Translations under genes and position numbers: made by a program | Origin: the human T2T-CHM13v2.0 reference genome, Homo sapiens | NCBI RefSeq assembly: GCF_009914755.1 | Contig: NC_060940.1 | DNA: 64,000 nucleotides | Reading direction: 5' to 3' (one strand) | Shown: positions 1-20,442 of the stretch, piece after piece | How the letters are laid out: every line of letters begins with the position of its first letter | Position numbering within the stretch: the first letter of the stretch is position 1 | Notes under the pieces: generated by a model | The model's database searches: none | Seen by the model: only the letters and a program-made list of their open reading frames with translations | What the model was told of the DNA's origin: nothing

Positions 1-32
1 TGAACTGTACACTTAAAAATGTTTATAGACCT

Positions 33-900
<868 letters not shown>

Positions 901-919
901 TGTTTTAATGGTTATGGTG

Positions 920-1890
<971 letters not shown>

Positions 1891-1943
1891 GTGGTAAACT
1901 TTCTGGTATGTGTATTTTACCACAATTAATAATAGTAATAATA

Positions 1944-2715
1944 GGCTGGGCATGGTGGCCCATGCCTATAATCCCAGTGCTTTGGGATGTGAGGCAGGAG
2001 GATTGCTTGAAGCCAGTTGAAGACCAGCCTGGGCAACAACACAAGACTCCATCTCTACAAAAAAAAATTTTTTCTTCTTTTTGAGATAAAGTCTCACTCT
2101 GTCTCCCAGGCTGGAGTGCAGTGGCACCATCTTGGCTCACTACAACCTCCACCTCCCAAGTAGCTGAGATTACAGGTGTGTGCCACCATGCCCGGCTAAA
2201 TTTTTTTTTTGTTTTTTTTGACATGGAGTCTCACTCTGTCACCCATGCTGGAGTGCAGTGGTGCAATATCTGCTCACTGCAACCTCTGCCTCCTGGGTTC
2301 AAGCCATCCTTCCAACCTCAGCCTCCCAAGTAGCTAGGATTACAGGCGTGTGCTACCACGCCTGGCTAAATTTTTTGTATTTTTAGTAGAGATGGGATTT
2401 CACCATGTTGGCCAGGCTAGTCTCGAGCTCCTGACCTCAAGTGGTCTGCCCACCTGAGCCTCTCAAAGTGCTGGGATTACAGGCATGAGCCACTGTGCCC
2501 GGACTAAAAAATTAAAAAACAACAAAAAAAAACAAAAAAAAAAAACTTATTTAGGTCTGGTGGTTTCTGCCTATAGCCCCACCTACTCAGGAGGCTGAGG
2601 CAGGAGGATCAAGTAAGCCCAGGAATTGGAGGCTGCTGTGAGCTATGATTGCACCACTGCACTCCAGCCTGGGCAACAGAGCAAAACTCTGTCTCTAAAT
2701 AATAATAATGAAAAT
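1944..2715. mobile_element. Nested Alu cluster
   Basis: + left monomer, two nested - Alus (about 2068-2505), + right monomer. Confidence 0.8.
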
Positions 2716-3167
2716 AAAATCATAAGCCTAAGAACATGCAAGTGGAAAACAACCACCACCTGCCTTCCTAGAGCGCACAGACTTCCCGCAGCTCAGAACA
2801 GAGCAGGCATGGTGAGTGTTATTAGAAAGGGACCCGGGAGAGTGCAGAAAGACAGGAAGTTCATGTGGACAGAGCAGATTTGGAAAAGCATCTTTGATAC
2901 AGGAAGGGTGAGAACGGTGTCTTGAAAGAGGTGGTAGGACCCTGCCAGGCAGCCATGGGGCTAAGAGGAAAGAGTTCCAGAAAGAAAGGCACTGTGGGCC
3001 AGGGAGCAGGGTGCATTGTGAGAAACAGCACGTGGTGTGGCCCGGGCAGATAAGTGGCTAAGCCAGAGGTGCAGGGCTAGACAAGCAGGCAAAGGGGTCG
3101 GTAGGTAGGGCCAGGCTGAAAGGTCAGGATGAAAGTCATTCCAAATTCTGCCCCTGCAAGGAAAGCT

Positions 3168-3493
3168 TTTTATTTATTTATTTATTTATTTATTTACTTT
3201 TTTTGAGACAGAGTCTCACTCTGTCACCCAGGCTGAGTACAGTGGCACGATCACAGCTCACTGCAACCTCAACTTCCCCAGGCTTGAGTAATCCTCCCAC
3301 TTTAGCTTCCTGAGTAGCTGGGACTGCAGGTGCACACCACCATGCCCAGCATTTTTTTTTTTTTTTTTTTTTGGAAGAGGCGCGGTCTCACTATGTTGCC
3401 CAGGCTGGTCTCCAGCTCCTGGGACACAAGTGGTCTTCCATCCTCGGCCTCCCAAAGTGCTGGGATTACAAGCATGAGCCACTGCACCTGGCC
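3168..3493 (-). mobile_element. Alu (AluJ-like)
   Basis: (TTTA)n tail then reverse Alu body with 'ctatgttgcccaggctggtct'. Confidence 0.8.
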
Positions 3494-3674
3494 TGAGAAA
3501 TACTATTTTTAAATTTCTATTTCCTGAGCAGGGTTGGAGAGCGTGGGGCTGCGCCTCTCCTAAAGGCATTTGCCAGTGCAGTCCTAGTAATCGCTTCCCG
3601 CTCCTTGCCTCCTCCACTGGCTCCCTGGAGTCCTTGCAAGCCAGTCTCAGGCTGAGTTTCAAAAAGCTGTGGAG

Positions 3675-3902
3675 GGCTGGGTGTGGTGGCTCACATCTGT
3701 AATCCCAGCATTTTGGGAGGCCAAGGCAGGCAGATTATGTGAGGTCAAGAGTTCCAGACCAGCCTGTCCAACATGGCAAAACCCATCTCCACTAAAAATA
3801 CAAAAATTAGCCGGGCATGGGTGGCATGCAGCTGTAATCACAGCTGCTCGGGAGGCTGAGGCAGGAGAATCACTTGAGCTGGGAAGAAAAAAAAAAAAAA
3901 AA
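3675..3902 (+). mobile_element. Alu with truncated right arm, inserted in DBI pseudogene CDS
   Basis: Alu body flanked by diverged TSD aaaaagctgtggagg / aaaaagatgtgcagg. Confidence 0.9.
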
Positions 3903-4333
3903 GATGTGCAGGGTATTAAGCACTTTAAGACCAAGCCAGCAGATGATGAGATGCGGTTCCTCTACGGCCACTACAAACGAGCGACTGTAGGCAACATAAA
4001 GACAGAACGGCCCAGGATGGTGGACTTCAAGGGCAAAGCCAAGTGAGATCCCTGGAATTAGCTGAAAGGGGCTGCCAGGGAAGATCCCATGAAAGCTAAA
4101 GCTTACGTCAACAAAGTAGAAGAGTTAAAGAAAAAATTCAGAATACGAGAGACTGGAATTGGTTGCCAGCCATGCCTTTGTCCTAAACTGAGACAATGCC
4201 TTGTTTTTTCTAACACTGTGGATGGTGGGAACTGGTGGAAAGAATCAGCTAACCCATCCTCAAGGCTACTCAGGATAAAGTTCTAACAGATTAGGGGCTA
4301 AAACGATTACTGACCTTCCCTCAGTAGTTTTTA

Positions 4334-4666
<333 letters not shown>

Positions 4667-5517
4667 TTACTTTAAATTAAAAATATTTTTTTCTACTTCC
4701 ACTGCACAGTCATTTTTCTGGCTCTCCCCACCACACCCCTCACCCTGCACAATTACCCCTCTTGCATGTACCTCTCTAGCCGTGAATCTTCAGGGATGGG
4801 AATATGAGGTTCTTGAGATGGGATTCATCGCGGGAATGACTCCAAGAAAAGCTGCCAAGTGAGGCTTTCATTCACTTCCCCAAGATGAAAGAGCTGATCT
4901 CTCGCCTGTGTTCCCCTCACAGTCAGGACCTGCGTCTGTTATTTACCACCATGCAATTTAAAATTAGATGCGTGTCACCTGAGGCTCTAACAGCTGGAAG
5001 GCAGTGATCCAGTCACATTTATGCCACCTGAGGGAACAATCCCAGGTAAGTAGGCCCAGCGGGGCTCAGAGGTTCAGGCTTGTCCCACACAGGGTCCAGG
5101 AAGGGCCGGCACTGGGGCAGCCTGGCTCCTGGGCCGTGGGGCTTCAATGCAGGCTGTCCGCACTTCATTGTCCCTCACCACACCTGCTACTAGAAGCCCA
5201 TCGGTGACCACAGTTGGAGAGAGGGAAGGCCACACGAAGCAAGAAGTGCTGCAAAATCGTGCGATGCTGAAAAGGGAATGCTTGTTTGCAGTTTCGTTCT
5301 CCCTGGTTGAGAGCCAACTTTCTTTAATAAGCACAGTTCAAATCCTGGTAAAATCCAAAGCCTGAAACCACCTTTTCCCACCTCTTGAGTTGCACAAACG
5401 TGCATTCACAGATACCAGGGTGCAACATGCTGGGACGTTATATTACGTGTAAATCATCATACAAACACCCTGGGCTTTTGAAACATGGCTTGCAAGAGGG
5501 TTGCACCCAAACTCTTG

Positions 5518-6120
<603 letters not shown>

Positions 6121-6744
6121 GGGTTGTACCCAAAGTCCTGTGAGTCTCACAGTAGTCCTGCAAGTAAGAGGACAGGACAAACCAGCCCCCTCGGACAGAC
6201 AGATGCGGGCTCCGAGACTCAGAGCCAGTGTAAATGCCTCCTGGAAAGTCACAGCCATCCCATGATAGAAGAATCTGGGGCTCGAACCCCAGGTTTCTAT
6301 CCCAGTGTTCCTCTCTGCTTGACCCTTAGAATAATAACCACCATTTATGGTCACTTACTCTGTGACAGTCATTTTCCACTTATTATTTCCTTTGATCCAC
6401 ACCACGCTTTGAGGAAATCAAATTTAGCCAATAAATACTAGAGGAAGCATTGAACTCAGGTGTGTCCTAAATTAGAAGGCCACCTTCTAATTCAGCTGCA
6501 TTCAATTACTTCTCTTCCTTCCAGTTCAGTTCCACTCTTTATTTTTTTTTGAGACAGAGTCTCGCTCTGTCACCTAGGCTGGAGTGCAGTGGCACGATCT
6601 CAGCTCCCTGTAACCTCTGCCTCCCAGGCTCAAGCAATCCCTCACCTCGGCCTCCCAGGTAGCTGGGACCACAGGAACGCACCACCACATCTGGCTAATT
6701 TTTTGTATTTTTGGTAGAGACGGAGTTTTGCCATGTTGGCCACT

Positions 6745-6910
6745 CTTAAAAGGACACCTGTCATTGGATTTAGGGCCCACCCAGGTAATCACATCGCGAG
6801 ATCCTTAGGTTAATTATATCCACAAAGACCTCATTTCCAAATAAGGTCATATTCACAGGGACTAGATTTAGGAATTGCACATGTCTTTTTGGGGGGATAC
6901 TGTCCAACCT
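6745..6910 (-). mobile_element. MaLR LTR fragment (MLT1 family)
   Basis: 'aaggacacctgtcattggatttagggcccacc..aaagacctcatttccaaataaggtcatattcacagg' is a reverse MLT1 5' end. Confidence 0.7.
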
Positions 6911-7714
6911 AATTCAAGGACGAGGCAGATTCAGGCCTACAGTATCCCCAGTCCTCAGTGGTAGCTGCCTCTGCCACAACCCTAGGAAGGGTCAGGCCTG
7001 GGGCAGGCAGCGGGAAGCAGAATCAGCCCTGGGCGGGTCTGGGCAACCCATCCGTCCAAGAATCAGAGACAAGGGCCAGCATGCTGGTTCCCTGGGCAGC
7101 AAGTGAGTAGAACACAGGGCCAGGCAGGGCCGAAATCGTGGTTCATGAGGCTCGGGGAGGTCGAGGAAAGCAAGCGAAACCCAGAGAACTAGGGCAGCAC
7201 TGCCAGGACAGTGCTAACATCACATTCCTGGGCTCCTTAAGTCTCCCGAGAAGGTGCAAATTGCGTTAATTGCCACTGCTGAGGCCAGGCCATGGCGCCC
7301 TGCTGGGGGCTAACCTTGCGTGACCCGTCAGACCAGAGCTGGGCTTCCTCCTGGTTTGGTATCCGCTGGAGCTGTAAGGGCCCGAGGGTCACAGTGCCTC
7401 TTGCAGGAGGTATGGCCTCACCAGTGCCCAGGCAGGGACAGTGGCCATTCAGGAGTGCCCTGGTTTCCAAAGTGATAGAGGTCAGACGTGCCTGGCCACA
7501 CGCAATCCTGGGCTTCATTTATATGCAACAAACCCATTATCTGCTCCCAACAAATAGGGAAGGAGGCTAAGACGTAGGCGGATGAAGGGAAAGTGCCTCC
7601 AAGACCTGCAAGTTAGGATAGAGCTGGCAGCCAGGGGTTAGGGAAGTGGAAGGAGGCCCTGCGGGTTCTGGAAGAGGACTGTGTGCAGCTACAGCAGCGG
7701 GCTTTGCAGTGGGA

Positions 7715-7930
7715 CTGCCTGGCTTCAGACCTTGGCTCTTCAGCTTGCTGTGCAACCTTGGGATAGTTACTCAACCTCTCTCGACCTCAGTTCTCTTCCC
7801 TGTCAACCGAAGACCAAAATAGAACCTACATTATAGGGCTATTATGAGGATTAAATCAAACAAGCCAAAAAAAGCACTTCACACAATACCTGGTATGTAG
7901 TAAATACTCAACTAATGCGGGCTATTATCA
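7715..7930 (+). mobile_element. MIR
   Basis: 'gctgtgcaaccttggga..ttactcaacctctct..cctcagtt', 'gaggattaaat', 'cctggtatgtagtaaatactcaa'. Confidence 0.7.
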
Positions 7931-7964
7931 ACCAGCCACACTGGAGGGAAGCCTTGAAGGAGGG

Positions 7965-9194
<1,230 letters not shown>

Positions 9195-9930
9195 AGTCAG
9201 ATTAGTGGCCAGAAGACACAAGGACAAATGTCCCAGGCAAAGCCCAAGAGTGTGGGCTGTGCTATGGAGGATCAAACAGGCCAGTGAAGCCACCGGGCAC
9301 AAGGTGCAAGAGAAGACATCAGGAAATGAAGCAGAACTGCAGGTTGTAGTCATGGTGCAAGGTGGCTCAGCAGCCAGCTGGAAGCCTTTGGAAGATGGAG
9401 AGGCAGAGAGTGAGCGTAGGGCTGTCCTTGAGGAAGAGGCATGCACAAAGCCAGCCATGCACACTCCCCAGCCGTATCTGCTGCCAAAGCGAAACCAGGA
9501 TGGCTGTAGAAATTTGCTTCAAATGAAGAAACCTGTCCCTTGACGGGGACAAATGATGTCAAGCACAAGTGCAGAAGCAGACCACATTCCTGCCACACCA
9601 TGGCTCAAAGTCACAAGGCAGAAACACCTGAGAAGGGGGGAAGGTCTGAAGGAGGAGCCAGGTCTGGCCACGTTCTCCTTTGGAATCTGGGTGTGGCCAC
9701 CCTACATGGGGATCTGGAATGTGCCGTGCTGCAAAGTGAATTCCTGGTGCATTTTTGAGGCTCAGGTGATCCCGAAGTTATGGCTGTCATGAGAAAGCAG
9801 CACCCTGCAGACAAAAGGTTCTGGAAGGTGGGCAGTACAAGCTGGCTTCATCCAGGAGCCCTGCTCACAGCCTGGTGCTCAATGGATATCATCCCCACCG
9901 GAAGTTCTAGGAGCTGCCCTTGGTTAATGA

Positions 9931-10453
<523 letters not shown>

Positions 10454-10839
10454 TGGAGTCATTCAGCTCCAGGGGCTTCTTTCTTCCTTACTAAACGGCT
10501 TTGTGCAGGGAGCAGAAGTTCTGCCTGCCCTTTCTAATTGCCGGTCGCAATAATATCATTCCTATTTAAGACTGAATAATATTCCATTGCATGGATAGAG
10601 CGCATTTTGTTTATTCACTCATTTGTTGATGGAAATTTGCTTTGTTTCTACCTTTTGGCTACTGTAAAGATTACTGCTATGAACATGCATGTATAGATAT
10701 CTGTTTTAAGTCTCTGCTCTTTTTTGGCTTGGTGAGGTGGCTCACGCCGATAATCCCAGCACTTTGGTAGGCTGAGGTGGAAGGATCACTTGAGCCTAGG
10801 AGTTTGAGATCAGCCTGGGCAACACACAAAGACCTCATC

Positions 10840-10987
10840 AAAGAGAGAGAGAAGAAAGAAAAGAAAGAAAAAGAGAAAGAAAGAAGGAAGAAAGAAAGAG
10901 AGAAGAAAGAAAAGAAAGAAAAAGAGAAAGAAGAGAAAAAGAAGAAAGAAGAAAGAAAGAAAAAGAAAGAGAAAGAAAAAGAAAGGG
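10840..10987 (+). repeat. Homopurine (GAAA-type) tract in tail of an Alu monomer (10726-10840)
   Basis: Only A and G for about 145 nt. Confidence 0.95.
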
Positions 10988-11487
10988 CACTTCAAGATGA
11001 TGCAGGTTGGAACAAAAAAAACCAGATTATTATTAAACTTGTTATTAAACAGCACCTAGTTTGACAACACTTGGAGTTTGCAAAATATACGGACTCTCTT
11101 GGTTGACAAACAGAAAGGGGATTCTTCCCCAGTTGCTTCCACTGTCCACAGGACAGCAAGTGGCTGTGACTGCCTAAACGCCCTCCTCCCAAGTCACATC
11201 CAGCAGTGCCCTGCCTGCCACACCACGTCATTCGTGTCATTTCTCCCACAGGCAGCCCCTTCCTTTGTGTCAATCAAAAGCTGATGGGCACCCGGCAGGC
11301 AGCCGGTTTGCTTCTGTCGGCAGCAAATGCTGTCCACATTTCAGACCACTAGTGAAAGTGGAAAAGAAATTATTACCATATGAAGTTTCCTTGATGAAAG
11401 CAGATTTAAATTCAGCCTTCATCCCCAAATTTTCAACACTACTTTGACAGTGGTTTATCTATTCCATTTTATTTTTTATTTTTTTGA

Positions 11488-11646
<159 letters not shown>

Positions 11647-11904
11647 TAGTAGAGATGGGGTTTCACCATGTTGGCCAAGCTGGTCTCAAACTCCTGACCT
11701 CAGGTGATCCGCCCGCCTTGGCCTCCCAAAGTTGACAGTAGTTTATTTTAATACGTAACTTTGAGTCATGGAATAACTGCAGAATATGCAACATATTTTT
11801 AAATTGTTTATCTGATCGTGGTGTCAAAATCCCAGTGATCAATTCATTAGGTTTGCTTGACTCCCAGAATTAATACATATTAATAAATATTTTGTTGAGT
11901 ACCA

Positions 11905-12178
11905 CTATGGTCTGAATGTTTCTGTCTCCAACAAAATCTATAGCCTCAGAGGTGATAGTGTTAGGAGGTGGGATTTTTGGGAGGTGATCAGGTCATGAGG
12001 TTGACGCCCTTATGAACAGGATTAGTGCCCTTATAAGAGGCTCCAGAGCTGCCAAGCCCCGCCCACCATCCGAGATCTCAGCAAGAAGTCACCTCTATGA
12101 ACCAGGAAGCAGCCCTCACCAGACACTGAATCTGCCAGCACTTAATCTTGGACTTCCCAGCCTCCAGAACCTCGAGAA
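11905..12178 (+). mobile_element. MaLR LTR (MLT1A/MST-like)
   Basis: 'ctatggtctgaatgttt', 'gggaggtgatcaggtcatgagg', 'ccctcaccagacactgaatctgccagcac..atcttggacttcccagcctccagaac'. Confidence 0.8.
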
Positions 12179-12819
12179 AAAAAAATTTAAGAGATAGGTT
12201 CCGGCTTTGTCCCCCAGGCTGGAATGCAGTGATGCAATCATTGTGGCTCACTGCCGCCTCAAGCTCCTGGACTCAACAGATCCTACCACCTCAGCCTCCC
12301 CAGTAGCAGGGACCACAGAAATGCACTGCTGCACCCAGCTGATGTTTTTTATTCTTTATTTTTGTAGAGATGGGGTCTTGCCATCTTGCCCAGGCCTACA
12401 GGCATGCACCATCATGCCTGGCTTCCAACCATAATTAATTCTATCAAGACAAGCAGAAAACTCACTTGGACATGGGTGCTGTTTTTTCGTTTATTTTGCC
12501 ATATGACTAGACTGGGTTGTCAAGAAACATCCATTCCTCTGTGCTACCTGTGTTCAAGGAAAGGAAGATAACAACTGAGATAAAGTCTGACTTTTCAATC
12601 TAGAAAATTCCCCTTCTCGCAGCAAATGCTAGTCAGGAAGCAAGGCTGGAAAACACACACACAAAAGGTGTGAGATCAGTTGGTAGAAAAAGGCAATGCA
12701 GACCACGTCTGTGTGCAAGGCTGAGTCCAAGACCAAGTGTTGGCTCCTCACCCTGTGGTCCCAGATACACCTGCCATCCCCGCCAGGGCAATGACAGAAA
12801 CACCACAAAAGGCTGTATC

Positions 12820-13125
12820 AGGCCAGGTGTGGTGGCTCACGCCTGTAATCCCAGCACTTTGGGAGGCTGAGGGAGGTGGATTGCTTGAGGCCAGGAGTTC
12901 AAGACCAGCCTGGGAAACATGATGAAACCCCATCTCTACAAAAAATACAAAAATTAGCTGAGCGTGATGGCGTGTGCCTGTAGTTCCAGGTGCTAGGGAG
13001 GCCGAGGTGGGAGGATCACCAGAGCCTGGGGAGTTAGAGGCTGCAGCGAGCCATGATTGCACCACTGCACTCCAGCCTGAGCAACAGAGTAAGACCCTGT
13101 CTCAAAAAAAATAAATAAATAAAAA
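12820..13125 (+). mobile_element. Alu (AluJ/S-like)
   Basis: Complete dimeric Alu with A-rich tail. Confidence 0.9.
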
Positions 13126-13399
13126 GGTAGGCTTGTGCAAAACTGAAGCACATGAAGTCCATCTGTCCCTTTTGCTTCTGTGTGTCTGTCTCTCTCAATG
13201 AGTTGATTGCCCGTTGATCACACCCAGCCAGTGGGGTCCAGAAGACAGGACACTGGACCTGAGATTGAATCCCAGCTCTGAAAGTTGCCACCTAGATACC
13301 TCAGGCAAAGCCTGGTTTACCTCTCTGGGGAGGTAAACTCTGGGGAGGATTTCCCCCTCCTGAATAAGATGGTAAGGACTTGCTAAGGGAAAGCCCTTC

Positions 13400-14118
13400 A
13401 TTCCTTCACCCTTCCTCTTCTTTCTGCCTGGAACATCAGTGTGAGGTGTGGAGGTACAGCAGCCATCTTGCAACCATGAGACAAGAGGCTTGAGAATGAG
13501 GTCTATGCTAAGGACAGAGGAACAGAAAAATGAGAAGAGCCTGGGTTCTTGATGGCATCAATAGTCATTAATACTGATATGGTTTGGATCTGTGTCCCCA
13601 CCCAAATCTCATGTTGAAATGTAATCCCCAGTGCTGGAGGTAGGGTCTGGTGGGAGGTGATTAGATCATGGGGCGGTTTCTCATAGTTTAACACCATCTC
13701 GCTTTGGTGCTGTTGTTATGATAGTGACAGTGATCGGTGGAGCAGGAACAAGAGAGACAGCACCTCCCCTCTCTCTTTCTCCTGCTTCTGCTTCAACCAT
13801 GTAGGACAAGCCTGCTTCGCTTCACCTTCCACCATGATTGGAGGTTTCCTAAGGCCTCCCTGGAAGCTGAGCAGATGGCAGCACCACGCTTCCTGTACAG
13901 TCTATGGAACTGTGAACAAATTCAATCTCTTTTCTTTATAAATTACCCAGCCTCAGGCATTTCTTTATAGCAATGTGAGAATGAACCAATACAGATACCA
14001 GCACCAAAGTGCCTACCGTGAACTTTTTCCTACCCAGGAAAAAGGAATTCTTTATTATCATCAGCCTCTAAAACAGGGCTTTCTGTTACTTGCCTCTGTA
14101 TGAACTCCAAACTGACAC
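13400..14118 (+). mobile_element. Old MaLR LTR (MLT1J/K-like) hosting an MST LTR
   Basis: 'cagcagccatcttgcaaccatgag', 'gagcctgggttcttgatggcatc', end 'ttctgttacttgc..aactgaca'. Confidence 0.6.
13575..13993 (+). mobile_element. Solo MaLR LTR (MSTA/MSTB-like)
   Basis: Starts 'tgatatggtttggatctgtgtccccacccaaatctcatgttgaa', ends 'ataaattacccagcctcagg..ctttatagcaatg..aataca'; 5-bp TSD aatac/gatac. Confidence 0.9.
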
Positions 14119-14333
14119 GCTATCTAATTTATGCTGAGAGCACAGCTAGGGAACATGCCCAGGCATGCGGCTTTTACCTACTGAGCTGGACAAGATTGTG
14201 GAAGTGAAAGTAAAATTTGAAGATTGGATGAAAGATGTTAAAATCATGGGAAGGCTGAATAATTTGAGAATACTCAGACATCTCATAGGTGAGGAAAATG
14301 ACAGTATTAACATTAATACAAAGAAGGTGATCA

Positions 14334-14727
<394 letters not shown>

Positions 14728-16121
14728 CTAGTTAATCAAGCCTTTCCAGCCTTCCACATGAGCCCAATAAATTGACCTCTCAGCCTGAAGACGCATCTGT
14801 GGAAATTTCCACCAATGATAACCTGAAGAGTTTGCTCCTGCCGCCTCGTGGGCAGCACGCCAGGCGTCTTCCCTCAGTAGTTAAGTCAACCTGGCTCATA
14901 AAGCAATGGAACAAATGCGATTTGTGTCCCCATATCTTGCGGAAGCCAAAGTAGAGAAAATAGCCTAGATCTTTTCACCGATTTTCTGCGTCAATCCTCT
15001 TTGATTAAGTATCCGCGCTATCCACTTCAATGAAGCTATGGCCCCATGAATAATACTGTGGTCTGTTGCCATACTCATAATGGAAGGACATAAAAATGTC
15101 CCTATTTGGAATTCATAAAAATGAAGATGCAATTTTTTTCCATCCAAAAATGGCTAATAGAGGTTCGTGAGTTGTCTCCATTTTCCTCCCTCAACGGTCC
15201 GTTCCTGAGCAAATCATTTCTTTGGGCTCTATCACATTTACGTCGTTCATACATGATACCCAAGCAGGTGCGAGAATGCACCATCTTTCATTGATGAAAA
15301 TGATCCAATTGGCCAGGCGCGGTGGCTCACGCCTGTAATCCCAGCACCTTGGGAGGCTGAAGCAGGCAGATTGCTTGAGCCCAGGAGTTCGAGACCAGCC
15401 TGGACAACATGGCAAAACCCCATCTCTGTTTTTTAAAAATATATTTATTTAAAAGAAATAATAATAAAATGATCCAATTGCCTTCCAAACTGCTTTTCCA
15501 GGAAGCAGTTGGATGGATCATGTTGAGATGGTGTGGTTTCTGTGGCAACAAGTCAAACTGTGACACCCAAAGGATTAGACTTCTCACCTGGGCCCCAATA
15601 TGGTAACCCATGAAAGAACCAGCCTTAGGCTTCCACGACGTCAACACTCATGCTTGCTGCCACCTCCAAGCCCCACCCATCCCCTCTGCCCTTGGTTCCA
15701 CACCCCCAGCTACACGCTGACAAAGATGCTGGGCTAGAGACACCCAGCTCGCCAGACACACCCAGGATGCTCTCACCACTTCCCAGAGCCAAATGCCCTG
15801 GCTGCAAAACAGAGAAGCGAAACCTAGAAATAATCAAGGCTTGTTTCCAGACCTTCAGAGTTCTCACACCCTGCCCTGTCTTGTGTGTGTGTAGATACAG
15901 ATATAGACAAGATATCATCTGTAGGTAGAGATGTAAATATAGACATAGCTCAGCTATTACTCGGGAGGCCGAGGCATGACAATCGCTTGAACCTAGGAGG
16001 CAGAGGTTACAGTGAGCCAAGATTGCACCACCGCACTCCAGCCTGGGCAACAGAGTGAGACTCCGTCTCGAAAAAAAAAAAAAGATGTATCTCAGCTAGA
16101 CACTTTACACAGATTTTCTGA

Positions 16122-16537
<416 letters not shown>

Positions 16538-17224
16538 TGACAGGAGGTAAAGGTGAGGGTCGCAGTGGCTTTGAGGACTCCGCAGTCACCACGGTGCACT
16601 CCTTCCATCTCACTTTCATCAAGCACCTAGAGCCCCACCCTAGGCCATGTCAGGTCTCCTGCTATTTCTCAGGCTGGCCCGACACCGTCACGACTCCATC
16701 TCTGTATCCAGGGCTGGCACCAGGTTCCTCTCCCACGGCTCTCTCCCTGCTTCTTTTGAGATCCTCCTCATATAAGAGGCTTCAGATAAGTGCCGCCTCG
16801 GATGCCAGGCCGGATGTTCTGCCAGAAGCTTCACTCACCGAGTCAGAGGTTCATGGGCTGGCTCTTGATCCTCACCCTCAGAACCTAGTTCTGAAAGAGT
16901 AGGCATGTGAGTGATTCTATTTTTTTTTTTTTACAGACGGGATCTTGCTATGTTGCCCAGGCTGGTCTCAAACTCCTGACCTCAAGTGTTCCTCCACGGC
17001 CTCCCAAGTGGTGGGATCATTGACTTTATATCTTCAAGTTTAGCTCAGGAGGCTCCGACAGAGCAGGCAGCCAAGGCATGCTGGTTGAATAAATGAACAA
17101 ACTCAGCAACGTTTTTGCACCCCACAAACACTGGTGGACAGTATCACCTTTGAAAAATCATTGATTATATCATAATTGCAAAAATTTAGGTCACCAACTA
17201 GATTACAAACACACGATATTGATA

Positions 17225-17885
<661 letters not shown>

Positions 17886-18208
17886 AAAAGATGCTTACTG
17901 GATCATCAAAAAACATTGATGAGCTTCTGCTGTAGGCAGGGCCTGTACTCTCCAGTCCAACTAAAAGGAGGTAAATGACAGAGTCTCTGCTCCAAGGTGT
18001 CAGACAACCAATTTCACTTTTAATTTTTTTGTTGTTGTTGAGATTTCTGGAATCTGTCTTCTGCAATTAATAGGTTCACCTGGAGAAATAGTCTGTAGTC
18101 TACAGGCTAGTGTGGAAAGCCATTTTCAAAGGTGAAGAGGAAGGCCAGGTAGGCCAGGTATGTTGGCTGCCTCTCATATAGTAGCATGGGACCCCTTAAA
18201 AGTGAAAT

Positions 18209-19485
<1,277 letters not shown>

Positions 19486-19820
19486 AATTCTGGGGGGTTC
19501 CTCCCCTGAAGAGCTTTTCTTGAGAGATCATGAATTGACTCATGGTAAAGTGTTAGAAACAGTGTCAAATGGATCTTGAAGAGCTCATGACCCTGCCCAA
19601 TGCAGGCGTCTCTGTAGCATCTGCTTGTTTATTCCAGGGATACAGAAATCAGAGTCCCAGGAAGCCTGTCCCGTGGCTGTACAGCTCCTTGAAAGCTCCT
19701 CCCCTCCCAATATGGCATTGGGAGCAAATATTCTCCTACTTCAAGGCAGTATTGAAAGCTCCCCAAGCACCTCTCCTGCGAACCCCAGCTTTCCCAGGTC
19801 TTCCTTGCAGCCTTTCTCTC

Positions 19821-20442
<622 letters not shown>

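Noticed and set aside
3669-4046. 125-aa ORF fusing Alu sequence to ACBP-like residues
   Set aside because: Starts at GTG next to the Alu, ends at a premature stop in a pseudogene, and has no promoter evidence.
10777-11064. K/E-rich coiled-coil-like ORF (similar ones at 32050-32707)
   Set aside because: Translation of A/G low-complexity tracts.
11223-11230. ccacgtca (UPRE/XBP1-like site)
   Set aside because: A single 8-mer is expected by chance in 64 kb; no supporting context.
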